Of a stretch of 64,000 bases of DNA, positions 1-8,618 are shown piece by piece (position 1 is the first letter of the stretch; each line of letters opens with the position of its first letter). The stretch is from positions 11,915-75,914 of the forward strand of contig DASXZI010000020.1 in assembly GCA_036501985.1 (NCBI GenBank), in the 5' to 3' direction. A program made the translations under genes and the position numbers. This DNA comes from Steroidobacteraceae bacterium. Lineage in GTDB: Bacteria > Pseudomonadota > Gammaproteobacteria > Steroidobacterales > Steroidobacteraceae. Below the pieces are notes generated by a model. It worked only from the letters and a program-made list of their open reading frames with translations, searched no databases and was not told the DNA's origin.

Positions 1-1
1 C

Positions 2-670
2 CTCGCCTTGCCTGGACATACTTTCACCGTCGTGGCCCTGGACGGCAATCCCGTACCGCTGCCCCGGCAGCTCGACACCATTTGGCTGGGCACGGCCGAG
101 CGAGTCTCCGCCCTCGTCGAGATGAATCGCCCGGGAGTCTGGATACTGGGGGACCTGGCGGATGAGGATCGTCGCCGGGGAATGGGAGTCGTCGTGGAAT
201 ACGCGGGCGCGACCGGCCAGCCGCAGTGGGCCGCTCCCACCTCGAGCCGTTGGGACTACACGCGCTTCGGCCGTGGCACGCCGGCTGCTGCGGACGACAC
301 CATCGAAATGGTCTTCGCCAAGGTCAACGCGGCGCGCAGCGGATTCAACCAGTGGACCGTCAATGGCTCCTCGTTCTCGATGCGGCAAATGAGCCCTGAG
401 TTCAAGGTCCATGCCGGGCGCCGCTATCGCCTGAAGATGCGCAATGCGAGCGATGACATCCATCCGGTGCACCTCCATCGCCACAGCTTCGAGCTGGTGA
501 ACATCGCCGGCCAACCCACCGCCGGGGTGATGAAGGACGTGGTGATGCTTGGGGGCTACCGGCAGGTCGAGGTGGATTTCGTCGCGAACAACCCCGGCCT
601 CACGCTGTTTCATTGCCACCAGCAATTGCACATGGACTTCGGGTTCATGGCTCTGATCGCCTACGCCTGA
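2..670 (+). CDS. multicopper oxidase, C-terminal part (5' end lies off-window)
   Basis: The reading frame is open to the window edge. Cu-ligand motifs HPVHLHRHSF and HCHQQLHMDFGFM lie near the C-terminus. Confidence 0.8.
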   Translation, partial: LALPGHTFTVVALDGNPVPLPRQLDTIWLGTAERVSALVEMNRPGVWILGDLADEDRRRGMGVVVEYAGATGQPQWAAPTSSRWDYTRFGRGTPAAADDTIEMVFAKVNAARSGFNQWTVNGSSFSMRQMSPEFKVHAGRRYRLKMRNASDDIHPVHLHRHSFELVNIAGQPTAGVMKDVVMLGGYRQVEVDFVANNPGLTLFHCHQQLHMDFGFMALIAYA

Positions 671-815
671 AGCGCGCGCGGCCGGGGCGCAATCTTTCAT
701 CGGCCCGGGGCGCAAGTCTGCGCCGCGCGACACCCCGGCAACGTGCGATCATAGGCAACGGCCGATGGCCAGCGCGCCACACACTTCGCAACAATTGCGT
801 GGAGACCAGCAGCCG

Positions 816-1979
816 ATGAAGGACTCCGCCAGACGGATCGCACCTCGTGTCGCGATCCCCGCATTGCCCTGCGTGCTGCGCGCCGCCGGGCTGCTGCTCG
901 CCACGACCCTGCTCGCCTCCTGCAAGTTCGGCGACCTCGGCAGCAAACAGCAGGCCACGCTCGGCACCGAGGGGCTGTGGATCGCGAACGGCACCAACGT
1001 CGTGGAGTATGTTCCGGACCAGATGGTCGCGGGCAGCACGGCGGGCACACCGCACCTCACCCTCAGCAGCGCGGAATTCGGCTCCCCGCAGGGCGTCCGG
1101 TTCGACGCGGGCGGCAATCTGTGGGTGCTGGACTCCGCCGGCATGATCAACGGCGCGGCGACGCCGGCGATCTTCGGTTTCAGCCCCTCCCAGGTCACCG
1201 CCCTGGGAACCAACAGCGCCCCCGACCCGGTCACCGTGATCACCTCGACGGCCCTGAAGGATCCACAGCAATCGGTGTTCGACCCGCAAGGCAACCAGTG
1301 GGTCACCGATCATGACAGCAACACGATCCTGGTCTTCACGGCAGGCCAGCTCGCCCAGACGAACCTCAACATCTCGCCCGCGGTGATCATCTCCTCCACC
1401 GCGCTCAACGGGCCGGTCGGCCTGGCCTTCGACAGCACCGGCAATCTGTGGGTGGCCAACAATGGAGCCGTGCCGCAGAGCAATGGCGCCAGCAGCTCGG
1501 CCGGCACCACGATCGTGGAATTTGCGGCCAGCCTCCTGCCTGCGCCGCCGGTGACCGGCATCCTGACGCCCGATCTGAAACCCACTCTCACCTTGAGTGA
1601 TGACGGCGCGTCGTCAATCCAGGGACCGTGGGCGCTGAGGTTCGATGCCGACGGGAATCTGTGGACCGGCAATGCCCTCTCCTCGACGTTGGTGGCATTT
1701 GCCGCGTCCAATCTGTCGAGCACCGGCTCGCCGAGTCCCGTGGCGATCCTGAGCTCGACGACCCTCAACAGCACTGCGTCGCTCGAGGCGCCGCACGGAC
1801 TCTGCTTCGATGACCAGGGCAACCTGGTCGCGGTGAGCTCCGGGGGCGCCTTCGGCGTGGCCCTGTACGGGAAGAGTCAGCTGACGACCGGCTCGCCCAC
1901 ACCCGACACGCTGTTCGTGGGCTCCTCCACCCACCTGAGCAAACCGCAGGGATGCGTATTCGGCCCCGCGATCATGTAA
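816..1979 (+). CDS. NHL-repeat-like beta-propeller lipoprotein
   Basis: Lipobox LLASC follows a hydrophobic leader. Blade-like motifs recur (GNLWVLDSAG, GNQWVTDHDSN, GNLWVANNG, GNLWTGNA, GNLVAVSSGG). ATG 816 is preceded by GGAGAC; the ORF track starts at 765. Confidence 0.7.
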   Translation: MKDSARRIAPRVAIPALPCVLRAAGLLLATTLLASCKFGDLGSKQQATLGTEGLWIANGTNVVEYVPDQMVAGSTAGTPHLTLSSAEFGSPQGVRFDAGGNLWVLDSAGMINGAATPAIFGFSPSQVTALGTNSAPDPVTVITSTALKDPQQSVFDPQGNQWVTDHDSNTILVFTAGQLAQTNLNISPAVIISSTALNGPVGLAFDSTGNLWVANNGAVPQSNGASSSAGTTIVEFAASLLPAPPVTGILTPDLKPTLTLSDDGASSIQGPWALRFDADGNLWTGNALSSTLVAFAASNLSSTGSPSPVAILSSTTLNSTASLEAPHGLCFDDQGNLVAVSSGGAFGVALYGKSQLTTGSPTPDTLFVGSSTHLSKPQGCVFGPAIM

Positions 1980-1984
1980 CCACC

Positions 1985-3325
1985 TCAGGGCGCGTGTGCG
2001 GCTGCACCCGCCGAACGGAACACCACGCCGTCCTTCATCACGAAGCTCACCTTCTCCATCAGGTGAATGTCCTGCAGCGGATCGCCCGGCACGGCGACCA
2101 CATCGGCCATGGCGCCCGGTGCGATGACGCCAAGCTCACCATGCTTGCCGAGTAACTCGGCGCCGTGCGAGGTCGCGGACTGGATCGCCTGCATCGGCGT
2201 CATTCCCAGCTCCACCTCGCGAACGAACTCCTGCGCGATGGGGTCGGTCCAGACGAATCCCCCGACATCGGTGCCGAAGGCGATCTTGACGCCCGCGCGC
2301 AGCGCCTTCTTGAACGAGACGACATGGTCGGCGATGCGCTTGCGATCCCGCTGGCCGCTCGGCGTGTCGGGAGGATCAGGGTCGTAGTAGTAGACCGCCA
2401 GAGTGGGCACGTACCAGGTGCCCTGGCGGACCATCTGCGCCACCTGTGCGTCGGTCATGTCCAGGCCGTGCTCGATGGAATCGCATCCGCCGTCCAGCGC
2501 TCGCTGCAGGCCGATGCCGCCATACGCATGACAGGCCACTTTCCGGCGCCAACCATGTGCCTCGTCGACGACTGCCCTGAGCTCCTCAACCGTCAACGTG
2601 GGTTGCGACACGAGCTCACCCTGCTCATCGAGCCAGGACCGATGTGTCATGTACACCTTGATCCAGTCGGCACCGTGGTCGAGCTGCTCACGCGCTGCCT
2701 TGCGAGCCTCGACCGGGCCATCGATGATCTGCGCACCTTTCGGCACGGTGATCTCGGGCGCGTAGTCATCGAGCGAGTACCCGCCGGTCGAGGAGATTGC
2801 GCGCGTGGCGACGAACATGCGCGGCCCCGGAATGTAACCCTCGTTGATCGCCCGCTTGACCCCGACATCGCCGTACCCGGCTCCTTCGGTCTCCACATCG
2901 CGGATGGTCGTGAACCCCTGCTCGAGCGCGCGCCGCGCGGCGACGATGGCACGCGCGACGCGGTACGAGGCGGGATACTTCAGAAGCTGAACGTCGTAGC
3001 CGCCGGCCTCGGGGACTTCACCCTGAAGAAAAATATGCGTGTGTGAATCGATCAGTCCCGGCAGCACCGTGGCATCTCCCAGGTCGATGATCTGCGCATC
3101 GGCCGGCGCGGAATGCGAGCCCGTTGCGTAGACCTCGACGATCCGGTTGCCGCGGATCAGGATGTCCTGGCTGTGTCGCGCCTGTGCACTCGAGCCGTCG
3201 ATGAGTGACTGCGCGCGAATGAGGATCGCGTGAGGTGGCGCGGCGCCGGCTGCGGGCGTTGCGCTCTGGCCGTACGCGAGCGTGGTCAGTGCGAGAGAAA
3301 AGGCAATGGACAACCAGCGAAGCAT
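1985..3325 (-). CDS. secreted amidohydrolase-superfamily metallohydrolase (COG1228 type)
   Basis: Signal peptide MLRWLSIAFSLALTTLAYGQSA. HxH metal motif PGLIDSHTHIF, later CHAYG and FGTDVG. SD GGGAGG lies upstream of ATG 3325; the ORF track extends to 3373. Confidence 0.85.
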   Translation of the reverse strand: MLRWLSIAFSLALTTLAYGQSATPAAGAAPPHAILIRAQSLIDGSSAQARHSQDILIRGNRIVEVYATGSHSAPADAQIIDLGDATVLPGLIDSHTHIFLQGEVPEAGGYDVQLLKYPASYRVARAIVAARRALEQGFTTIRDVETEGAGYGDVGVKRAINEGYIPGPRMFVATRAISSTGGYSLDDYAPEITVPKGAQIIDGPVEARKAAREQLDHGADWIKVYMTHRSWLDEQGELVSQPTLTVEELRAVVDEAHGWRRKVACHAYGGIGLQRALDGGCDSIEHGLDMTDAQVAQMVRQGTWYVPTLAVYYYDPDPPDTPSGQRDRKRIADHVVSFKKALRAGVKIAFGTDVGGFVWTDPIAQEFVREVELGMTPMQAIQSATSHGAELLGKHGELGVIAPGAMADVVAVPGDPLQDIHLMEKVSFVMKDGVVFRSAGAAAHAP

Positions 3326-3426
3326 GATGGATCCTCCCGGAGGCGCCAGACGGGGGCCCTGCGAAGTGTACAAGAAAGAGCACCATCCACGGCTGCCCGG
3401 TTGATCCCCTCATCGCGGTAGAACGA

Positions 3427-4731
3427 GTGACCGAGAACCAACGTGACAGCGGGCTGCTGCGCTCCGTGGGGCCCCTTGCCTTCGCCGCCAGCATCTTCAA
3501 CGCCATCATCGGGGCGGGCATTTTCGTGGTGCCGGCTGCGCTGTCCGCGTCGATGGGTCCATACGCGCCGCTGGCCTTCGTGGTGTGCACGGTCGCGATC
3601 GGGTCTGCGGCCCTGTGCCTTGCCGAGGGTGGCAGCCGGGTGCCGACCAGCGGCGGTATCTACGGCTACATCGAAGTGGCGTTTGGCCCGCTGGTTGGAT
3701 ACGTAGCCGGTACGACACTGTGGTTCGGCAACATCCTTGCCTGTGGAGGTGTTGCAGCCGCGCTGGGTGATCTCCTCGCCAGCCAGGTTCCGATTCAATA
3801 CGCCACCGTGGCTCATGCCGCGAGCATCGTGGGTCTCGTAGGCGCCATCGCGCTGGTCAACGTCGCGGGCGCCTCGAAGGGGGCCCGGCTGGCGAGCGTC
3901 GCGACGTTGCTGAAGCTGGTGCCGCTGCTGATTTTCATCGCGGCGGGCATCGTGGCTCTGCACGGCTCGAGCTTCGCGGTCAGCGCTCCGCCGACTCTCG
4001 AAAACCTCGATCGCGGCATCCTGCTCGCCTTGTTCGCCTTCACGGGCATGGAAGTCACGCTGAGCGCGAGCGGAGAGGTCGCTCAGCCCGCACGCGCCAT
4101 CCCGAGAGCGCTGGCGCTGTCGATCGGTGCGGTGGCGCTGCTCTACATCTGCATTCAGGTCATCGCTCAGGGCATTCTCGGGCCGGCTCTCGCAAACTCG
4201 CCCACTCCACTGGCTGATGCCATGGCGCGCGTGAGCCCGGTACTGCGCTGGCTGATGCTGGTCACTGCATCGGTCTCGATGGTTGGCTGGTTGAGCAGTG
4301 ACTTTCTGGGCAGCCCGCGCATGCTGTTCGCATTTGGGCGCGACGGACTGCTCCCCGGTGTATTGGGCCGAGTGCACGAGAGGACTCGTACGCCATACGT
4401 GGCGATTCTGGCCTACGCGACGCTCGCCACCGTCTTTGCGTTAACGGGAACCTTCGCCAAGTTGGCGGTGCTGGCCACGCTCGCTTCGGCTTTGCTCTAT
4501 GGCTGTGGATCCGCAGCCGCCTGGGTGCTGGCACGGCGCGGCGTTGCACAGGCCGGGCCGCCCCTGAATTCGCGCTGGCTGACGCCCGCTGCAATCATCG
4601 CGGTCGGCAGCATGTTGGCGATGATCGGGCTCGCTGCGCGCAGCGAGATACTCGGTATGCTGGCACTCATCGCCATCAGCGCCCTCGTGTATGCCTTCTC
4701 CGCGCGCTGGGCGGTGGCCCGGCTCGGATGA
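3427..4731 (+). CDS. APC-family amino acid permease
   Basis: 434 aa, about 12 hydrophobic segments, N-terminal GPLAFAASIFNAIIGAGIFVVPA typical of amino-acid/polyamine/organocation permeases. GTG start. Confidence 0.8.
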   Translation: MTENQRDSGLLRSVGPLAFAASIFNAIIGAGIFVVPAALSASMGPYAPLAFVVCTVAIGSAALCLAEGGSRVPTSGGIYGYIEVAFGPLVGYVAGTTLWFGNILACGGVAAALGDLLASQVPIQYATVAHAASIVGLVGAIALVNVAGASKGARLASVATLLKLVPLLIFIAAGIVALHGSSFAVSAPPTLENLDRGILLALFAFTGMEVTLSASGEVAQPARAIPRALALSIGAVALLYICIQVIAQGILGPALANSPTPLADAMARVSPVLRWLMLVTASVSMVGWLSSDFLGSPRMLFAFGRDGLLPGVLGRVHERTRTPYVAILAYATLATVFALTGTFAKLAVLATLASALLYGCGSAAAWVLARRGVAQAGPPLNSRWLTPAAIIAVGSMLAMIGLAARSEILGMLALIAISALVYAFSARWAVARLG

Positions 4732-6203
4732 ATCATGACTTCCGGTCCCTCACCACAGGATTGTCTCGAATGAGCAGGATTGCCCCGATCGCCCTCGTCG
4801 CCGTCGTTGCCACCCTATTGAGCGCCCAGGCGAGCGCGCAGGCGCCCGATCCCACCGAGCAGCGTTTCCGCGAGTTGTACAAAGAGCTGGTCGAGACCAA
4901 CACGACGCTGTCCTCCGGAAGCTGCACCCTGGCCGCCGAGCGCATGGCGGCACGGCTCAAGGCGGCGGGATTTCCCGACTCGGATCTGCACCCATTCGCG
5001 GTACCCGAGCATCCGAAGGAAGGCGGCCTCGTGGCGATCTACCCGGGCCGCGATCCGCAGCGCAAGGCGGTGCTGCTGCTGGCGCACATCGATGTGGTCG
5101 AGGCAAAGCGTGAGGACTGGACGCGCGATCCCTTCAAGCTCGTGGAACAGAACGGCAATTTCTATGCGCGCGGCTCGATGGATGACAAGGCGCAAGCGGC
5201 GATCTGGGTAGACACGCTGATCCGCATGAAGGAAGGGCACGAACAGCCGCGGCGCACTCTGAAGCTCGCGCTCACCTGCGGCGAGGAGACCAATGGCGCG
5301 TTCAACGGCGCACAGTGGCTGACTCAGAACCGGCGCGACCTGATCGACGCGGCGTTCGCCATCAATGAGGGAGCGTCCGGCGAGCTCGATGCCCAGGGCC
5401 ACCGGATCGGTCTGGAGGTGCAGGCCGGAGAGAAAGCCTCGCAGAATTTCCGCCTGGAGGTGACCAACCCGGGCGGCCACAGCTCGCGACCCGTGAAGAA
5501 CAACGCCATCTATCATCTGGCCGGGGCGCTGAAGCACATCGAAGCCTACGAGTTCCCTCCTCAGTTCACGGACGCCAGCCGGGCCTACTTCACGGGAATG
5601 GCCCAGGTCGAAGCCGAGAAGGGCGCGGCCGATGTGGCACAGGCCATGAATGCGCTGGTCAGGGACCCGAACGACACCCAGGCCATTGCCCTCGTCTCCG
5701 GCAAGGACCCGAGCTGGAATGCCATGATGAGGACTACCTGTGTCGCCACGATGCTCGATGCCGGGCACGCGACCAATGCGCTGCCCCAGCGGGCCCGCGC
5801 CAACGTCAACTGCCGCATCTTCCCCGGTACCTCGGCAGAGACCGTCCGGGCGAAGCTGGAAGAGCTCGTTGCCGATCCGGAAGTGAAAGTGACCACGCTG
5901 GAGACCCGTGGGCCGCCTGCGCCGCCCCCGCCGCCGCTGACACCTGAGATCATGGGCCCGGTGCACAAGCTCGCCGCCAAGTTCTGGCCAGGCGTGCCGG
6001 TGCTGCCCATCCTGCAGCCCGGCGCGACCGACGGGGAATTCCTCAATCCGGCCGGTATTCCCACCTATGGCATCGAGCCGGTGTTCCTCGGCCCCGATCT
6101 TGGGCATATCCATGGTCTCAACGAGTACGTCGGGGTGCAGTCCCTGATGGAAGGCCGCGCGTTTCTGTACCAGCTCGTGAAGATCTACGCCGATCAGAAG
6201 TAG
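4728..6203 (+). CDS. M20-family metallopeptidase (dipeptidase/carboxypeptidase-like), secreted
   Basis: Leader IAPIALVAVVATLLSAQASAQA. M20 motifs LLLAHIDVVEA, GSMDDK, TCGEE. The ATG overlaps the permease stop (ATGA). Confidence 0.85.
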   Translation: MNHDFRSLTTGLSRMSRIAPIALVAVVATLLSAQASAQAPDPTEQRFRELYKELVETNTTLSSGSCTLAAERMAARLKAAGFPDSDLHPFAVPEHPKEGGLVAIYPGRDPQRKAVLLLAHIDVVEAKREDWTRDPFKLVEQNGNFYARGSMDDKAQAAIWVDTLIRMKEGHEQPRRTLKLALTCGEETNGAFNGAQWLTQNRRDLIDAAFAINEGASGELDAQGHRIGLEVQAGEKASQNFRLEVTNPGGHSSRPVKNNAIYHLAGALKHIEAYEFPPQFTDASRAYFTGMAQVEAEKGAADVAQAMNALVRDPNDTQAIALVSGKDPSWNAMMRTTCVATMLDAGHATNALPQRARANVNCRIFPGTSAETVRAKLEELVADPEVKVTTLETRGPPAPPPPPLTPEIMGPVHKLAAKFWPGVPVLPILQPGATDGEFLNPAGIPTYGIEPVFLGPDLGHIHGLNEYVGVQSLMEGRAFLYQLVKIYADQK

Positions 6204-6267
6204 TGTCGCGGGTGGACGACTGAAAGAGCGGGAGGGCATCGACTACTCGGAGCGCTACAAGCGCCTG

Positions 6268-7572
6268 GTGACGCTGCTGTTGATGGCGGTCTACGCCTTC
6301 AACTCGATGGATCGCAGCATCATCTCGATCATCGGCCAGCCGATGAAGGTGTCATTGCGCCTATCCGACACGCAGCTCGGGCTCCTGAGCGGCACGGCGT
6401 TCGCCGCGCTGTATGCGTTCGGTGGGATCCCGATGGCTCGTCTCGCCGAGCGTCTGAATCGGGTCAATCTCATGGCGGCCTCGCTGTCTGTCTGGTCGAG
6501 TCTGACGGCACTGTGCGGCCTGGCGACGAGCTTCACGCAGTTGCTGCTCACCCGGGCGGGCGTCGGCTTCGCCGAAGCGGGTTGCGCACCGCCGGCCCAC
6601 TCGCTGATATCGGACTACTACGAGCCGGGCCGGCGTGCCTCCGCCCTGTCGATCTACTCCTGCGGGATCTCGCTCGGCTATATCCTGGCCGCGGTGGCAG
6701 GGGGCTACGTTGCGCAACACGTGGGGTGGCGGGCGGCCTGCGCGATCGTGGGTCTCCCCGGTCTCATCCTCGCCCTGTTGCTCAAGACCCTGGTGCGGGA
6801 GCCACCCCGTGAGGCCAAGATCCGTTTGCCGCCGACGATTCGCGGGGAGCTCGATGAGCTGCGTGCAGTGGGCCGGTCCATCCTGCTCAACAGGCCGATT
6901 CTTCACATGGTACTGGGGTTGACGATCGGTGGCTTCGGCGCCTACGGGTTCTATGCGTTCCTGCCGCCGTACTTCAGCCGTGCATTCGATCTCGACTACA
7001 CGACCATCGGAGTGATTGCCGCGGTGACCGGCGGTGTCACGGTCGGCATCGGCATCCTCGCCGGGGGATTCATCGCTGATCGGCTCGCCGGGCACAGCGC
7101 GCGCTGGTACGCGCTGGTGCCGGCTCTGGGCACACTGATCGCGCTGCCGTTATACCTGCTGGCCATGTTGCAGACCGACTGGCGGCCTGCGGCGATCCTG
7201 CTCGGCAGCGCGGGTTTCTTCCAGTACGCCTCTCTGGGCCCTACCTTCGGAGTCGTGCAGAACGCCGTCGATCCGAGCCGGCGTGCGACAGCCACCGCGC
7301 TCCTGTATGTCTGTCTGAGCGTGCTGGCGCTGGGCGGCGGACCGCCGTTCACCGGCTGGGCGATCGATCGATTCAGGGCCGCCGGCGCGGCACTCCCCCT
7401 GGCGACGCGCCGAGGGCTCCTCGTCGCTCTCGTGTTCTTCGCCTGGGCATCGGTGCACTACTTTCTCGCGATCAAGGGAATCGCGCGCGCGCTGCAGACT
7501 CCTCATGGGGCCGTGGTGACGGAAGCTTCCCCGACGGAAGCTGCCTCCCCGGTCCAATCGTCCTCGATGTAG
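6268..7572 (+). CDS. MFS transporter
   Basis: 434 aa, 12 predicted TM segments, AFNSMDRSIISI and LSDTQLGLLSGTAFAALYAFGGIPMARLAER typical of MFS loop 2-3. GTG start. Confidence 0.8.
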   Translation: MTLLLMAVYAFNSMDRSIISIIGQPMKVSLRLSDTQLGLLSGTAFAALYAFGGIPMARLAERLNRVNLMAASLSVWSSLTALCGLATSFTQLLLTRAGVGFAEAGCAPPAHSLISDYYEPGRRASALSIYSCGISLGYILAAVAGGYVAQHVGWRAACAIVGLPGLILALLLKTLVREPPREAKIRLPPTIRGELDELRAVGRSILLNRPILHMVLGLTIGGFGAYGFYAFLPPYFSRAFDLDYTTIGVIAAVTGGVTVGIGILAGGFIADRLAGHSARWYALVPALGTLIALPLYLLAMLQTDWRPAAILLGSAGFFQYASLGPTFGVVQNAVDPSRRATATALLYVCLSVLALGGGPPFTGWAIDRFRAAGAALPLATRRGLLVALVFFAWASVHYFLAIKGIARALQTPHGAVVTEASPTEAASPVQSSSM

Positions 7573-8396
7573 AACGGTCCGGGGCGCTCGCGCAGTTGCT
7601 CATACTTGCAGATCTCGGGCTCCGGGCCGAGCGGCGTGGAGACCCCGCCCCGAAAAGCCCACTCGCCGCGCTCGCTGTCCGAAGCCCGCACATAGCTGTT
7701 GATCATGAAGCGGCGGTCCCGGGTGCTGAGATTCGCGGCGGACCCGTGCACCGTGAACAGGTTCCACAACAGAAGGTCCCCCGGCTCCATCTCGCAGGTG
7801 ACTGCCTCGGAGGGATCGAGCCCTGCGCACCGCAGCTCCTCGTCCTGCGTCTGGCCGAGCATGATCGGTCCATCATCGGACAACCCCAGGTAGCCGAGCC
7901 GGTGGCTGCGAGGAAAGATGCGCAGCGCGCCGTTGGCGGCCGTCTGCGGATCGATAGCGAGCCCCGTCGTGACCGTGCTGCGCAGATAGTCATGCTCGGT
8001 GAGCTTGCCCTGGCGAAAGCGCGCATCCTGGTGAAACCGGTACGAAGTGTACTTGGCGCCCGGTGGCTTCCAGTGAATCTGATGGGAGATCTGACGGATG
8101 TCCGGGCCGAGGAAAGGGCCTAGCACTGCGTAGAACTTCTCACTGCGACGCATCCGCTCGAGCCGCTCACTGATCCAGGCGGTCCAGTGGGCCTGCAGCA
8201 CCACTCTGCGCTGGGCCTGCGGATCGTTGAGTACCTCGAAAAGGAGATTCCGGTCACGGTAGGTGGCGTGGTGCTGCATTCCTTCGCGATACATGGCGTC
8301 CACTTCGACGCTGATGGCCGCCATCTCGGCGGCCGAAAGAAATCCACGCACGATCGCGTATCCGTCGGCATCGAATCGTTCCACGAGAGCGTTCAT
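7503..8396 (-). CDS. phytanoyl-CoA dioxygenase (PhyH) family Fe(II)/2-oxoglutarate oxygenase
   Basis: MNALVERFDADGYAIVRGFL N-terminus, HxD in FHQDARF, distal His in FTVHGSAAN. ATG 8396 is preferred (GAAGG upstream); the ORF track starts at 8459. Confidence 0.75.
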   Translation of the reverse strand: MNALVERFDADGYAIVRGFLSAAEMAAISVEVDAMYREGMQHHATYRDRNLLFEVLNDPQAQRRVVLQAHWTAWISERLERMRRSEKFYAVLGPFLGPDIRQISHQIHWKPPGAKYTSYRFHQDARFRQGKLTEHDYLRSTVTTGLAIDPQTAANGALRIFPRSHRLGYLGLSDDGPIMLGQTQDEELRCAGLDPSEAVTCEMEPGDLLLWNLFTVHGSAANLSTRDRRFMINSYVRASDSERGEWAFRGGVSTPLGPEPEICKYEQLRERPGPFYIEDDWTGEAASVGEASVTTAP

Positions 8397-8564
8397 CGCA
8401 TCACTGCCTTCGAAGCGCGCGTTCAAGCGTGCTCCTATCACATTTTCGCACGAGCCCACACCGGATTACGTACAACCCGCACTGTTCTCGCGCGCGGTGA
8501 TTCGTAATGATTCCAACAGGCCGCTCAACCACCATTATCCGGGTTTGTGATTTCGGCCGACTCG

Positions 8565-8613
8565 TGCGCCGCCGCGAAACCGGGGAAATTCTTTCGCGGC
8601 GGCGCATCTTTTT
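8565..8613 (+). terminator. intrinsic-terminator-like hairpin, canonical only on the + strand
   Basis: Perfect 15-bp stem TGCGCCGCCGCGAAA (8565-8579) / TTTCGCGGCGGCGCA (8592-8606), 12-nt loop, then TCTTTTT (8607-8613). It lies 13 nt from the stop of the minus-strand cphA paralog. Confidence 0.55.
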
Positions 8614-8618
8614 GGGGG

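Noticed and set aside
671-815. A GC-rich hairpin (GGCGCA-agtc-TGCGCC) and the direct repeat GGCC(C)GGGGCGCAA after the multicopper oxidase gene, considered as a terminator.
   Set aside because: The stem is only 6 bp and there is no T-tract, which is too weak to call.
4815-6239. Long antisense ORFs opposite well-supported genes. Examples are 4815..6239 (-), 10451..11860 (+), 11882..13438 (+), 15408..16559 (+), 17490..18866 (-), 19633..21366 (-), 23649..25103 (+), 44413..46095 (-), 50560..51729 (-) and 55472..57034 (+).
   Set aside because: Their translations are Arg/Gly/Pro/His-rich with no recognisable motifs. Each lies entirely opposite a gene with clear family signatures. This is the usual shadow-ORF behaviour of high-GC DNA.
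8263-8550. The 95-aa + strand ORF, considered as the coding gene served by the orphan terminator at 8565..8613.
   Set aside because: It runs antisense to the PhyH 5' end, has no motif and has poor composition. If a + strand transcript exists it is more likely non-coding.
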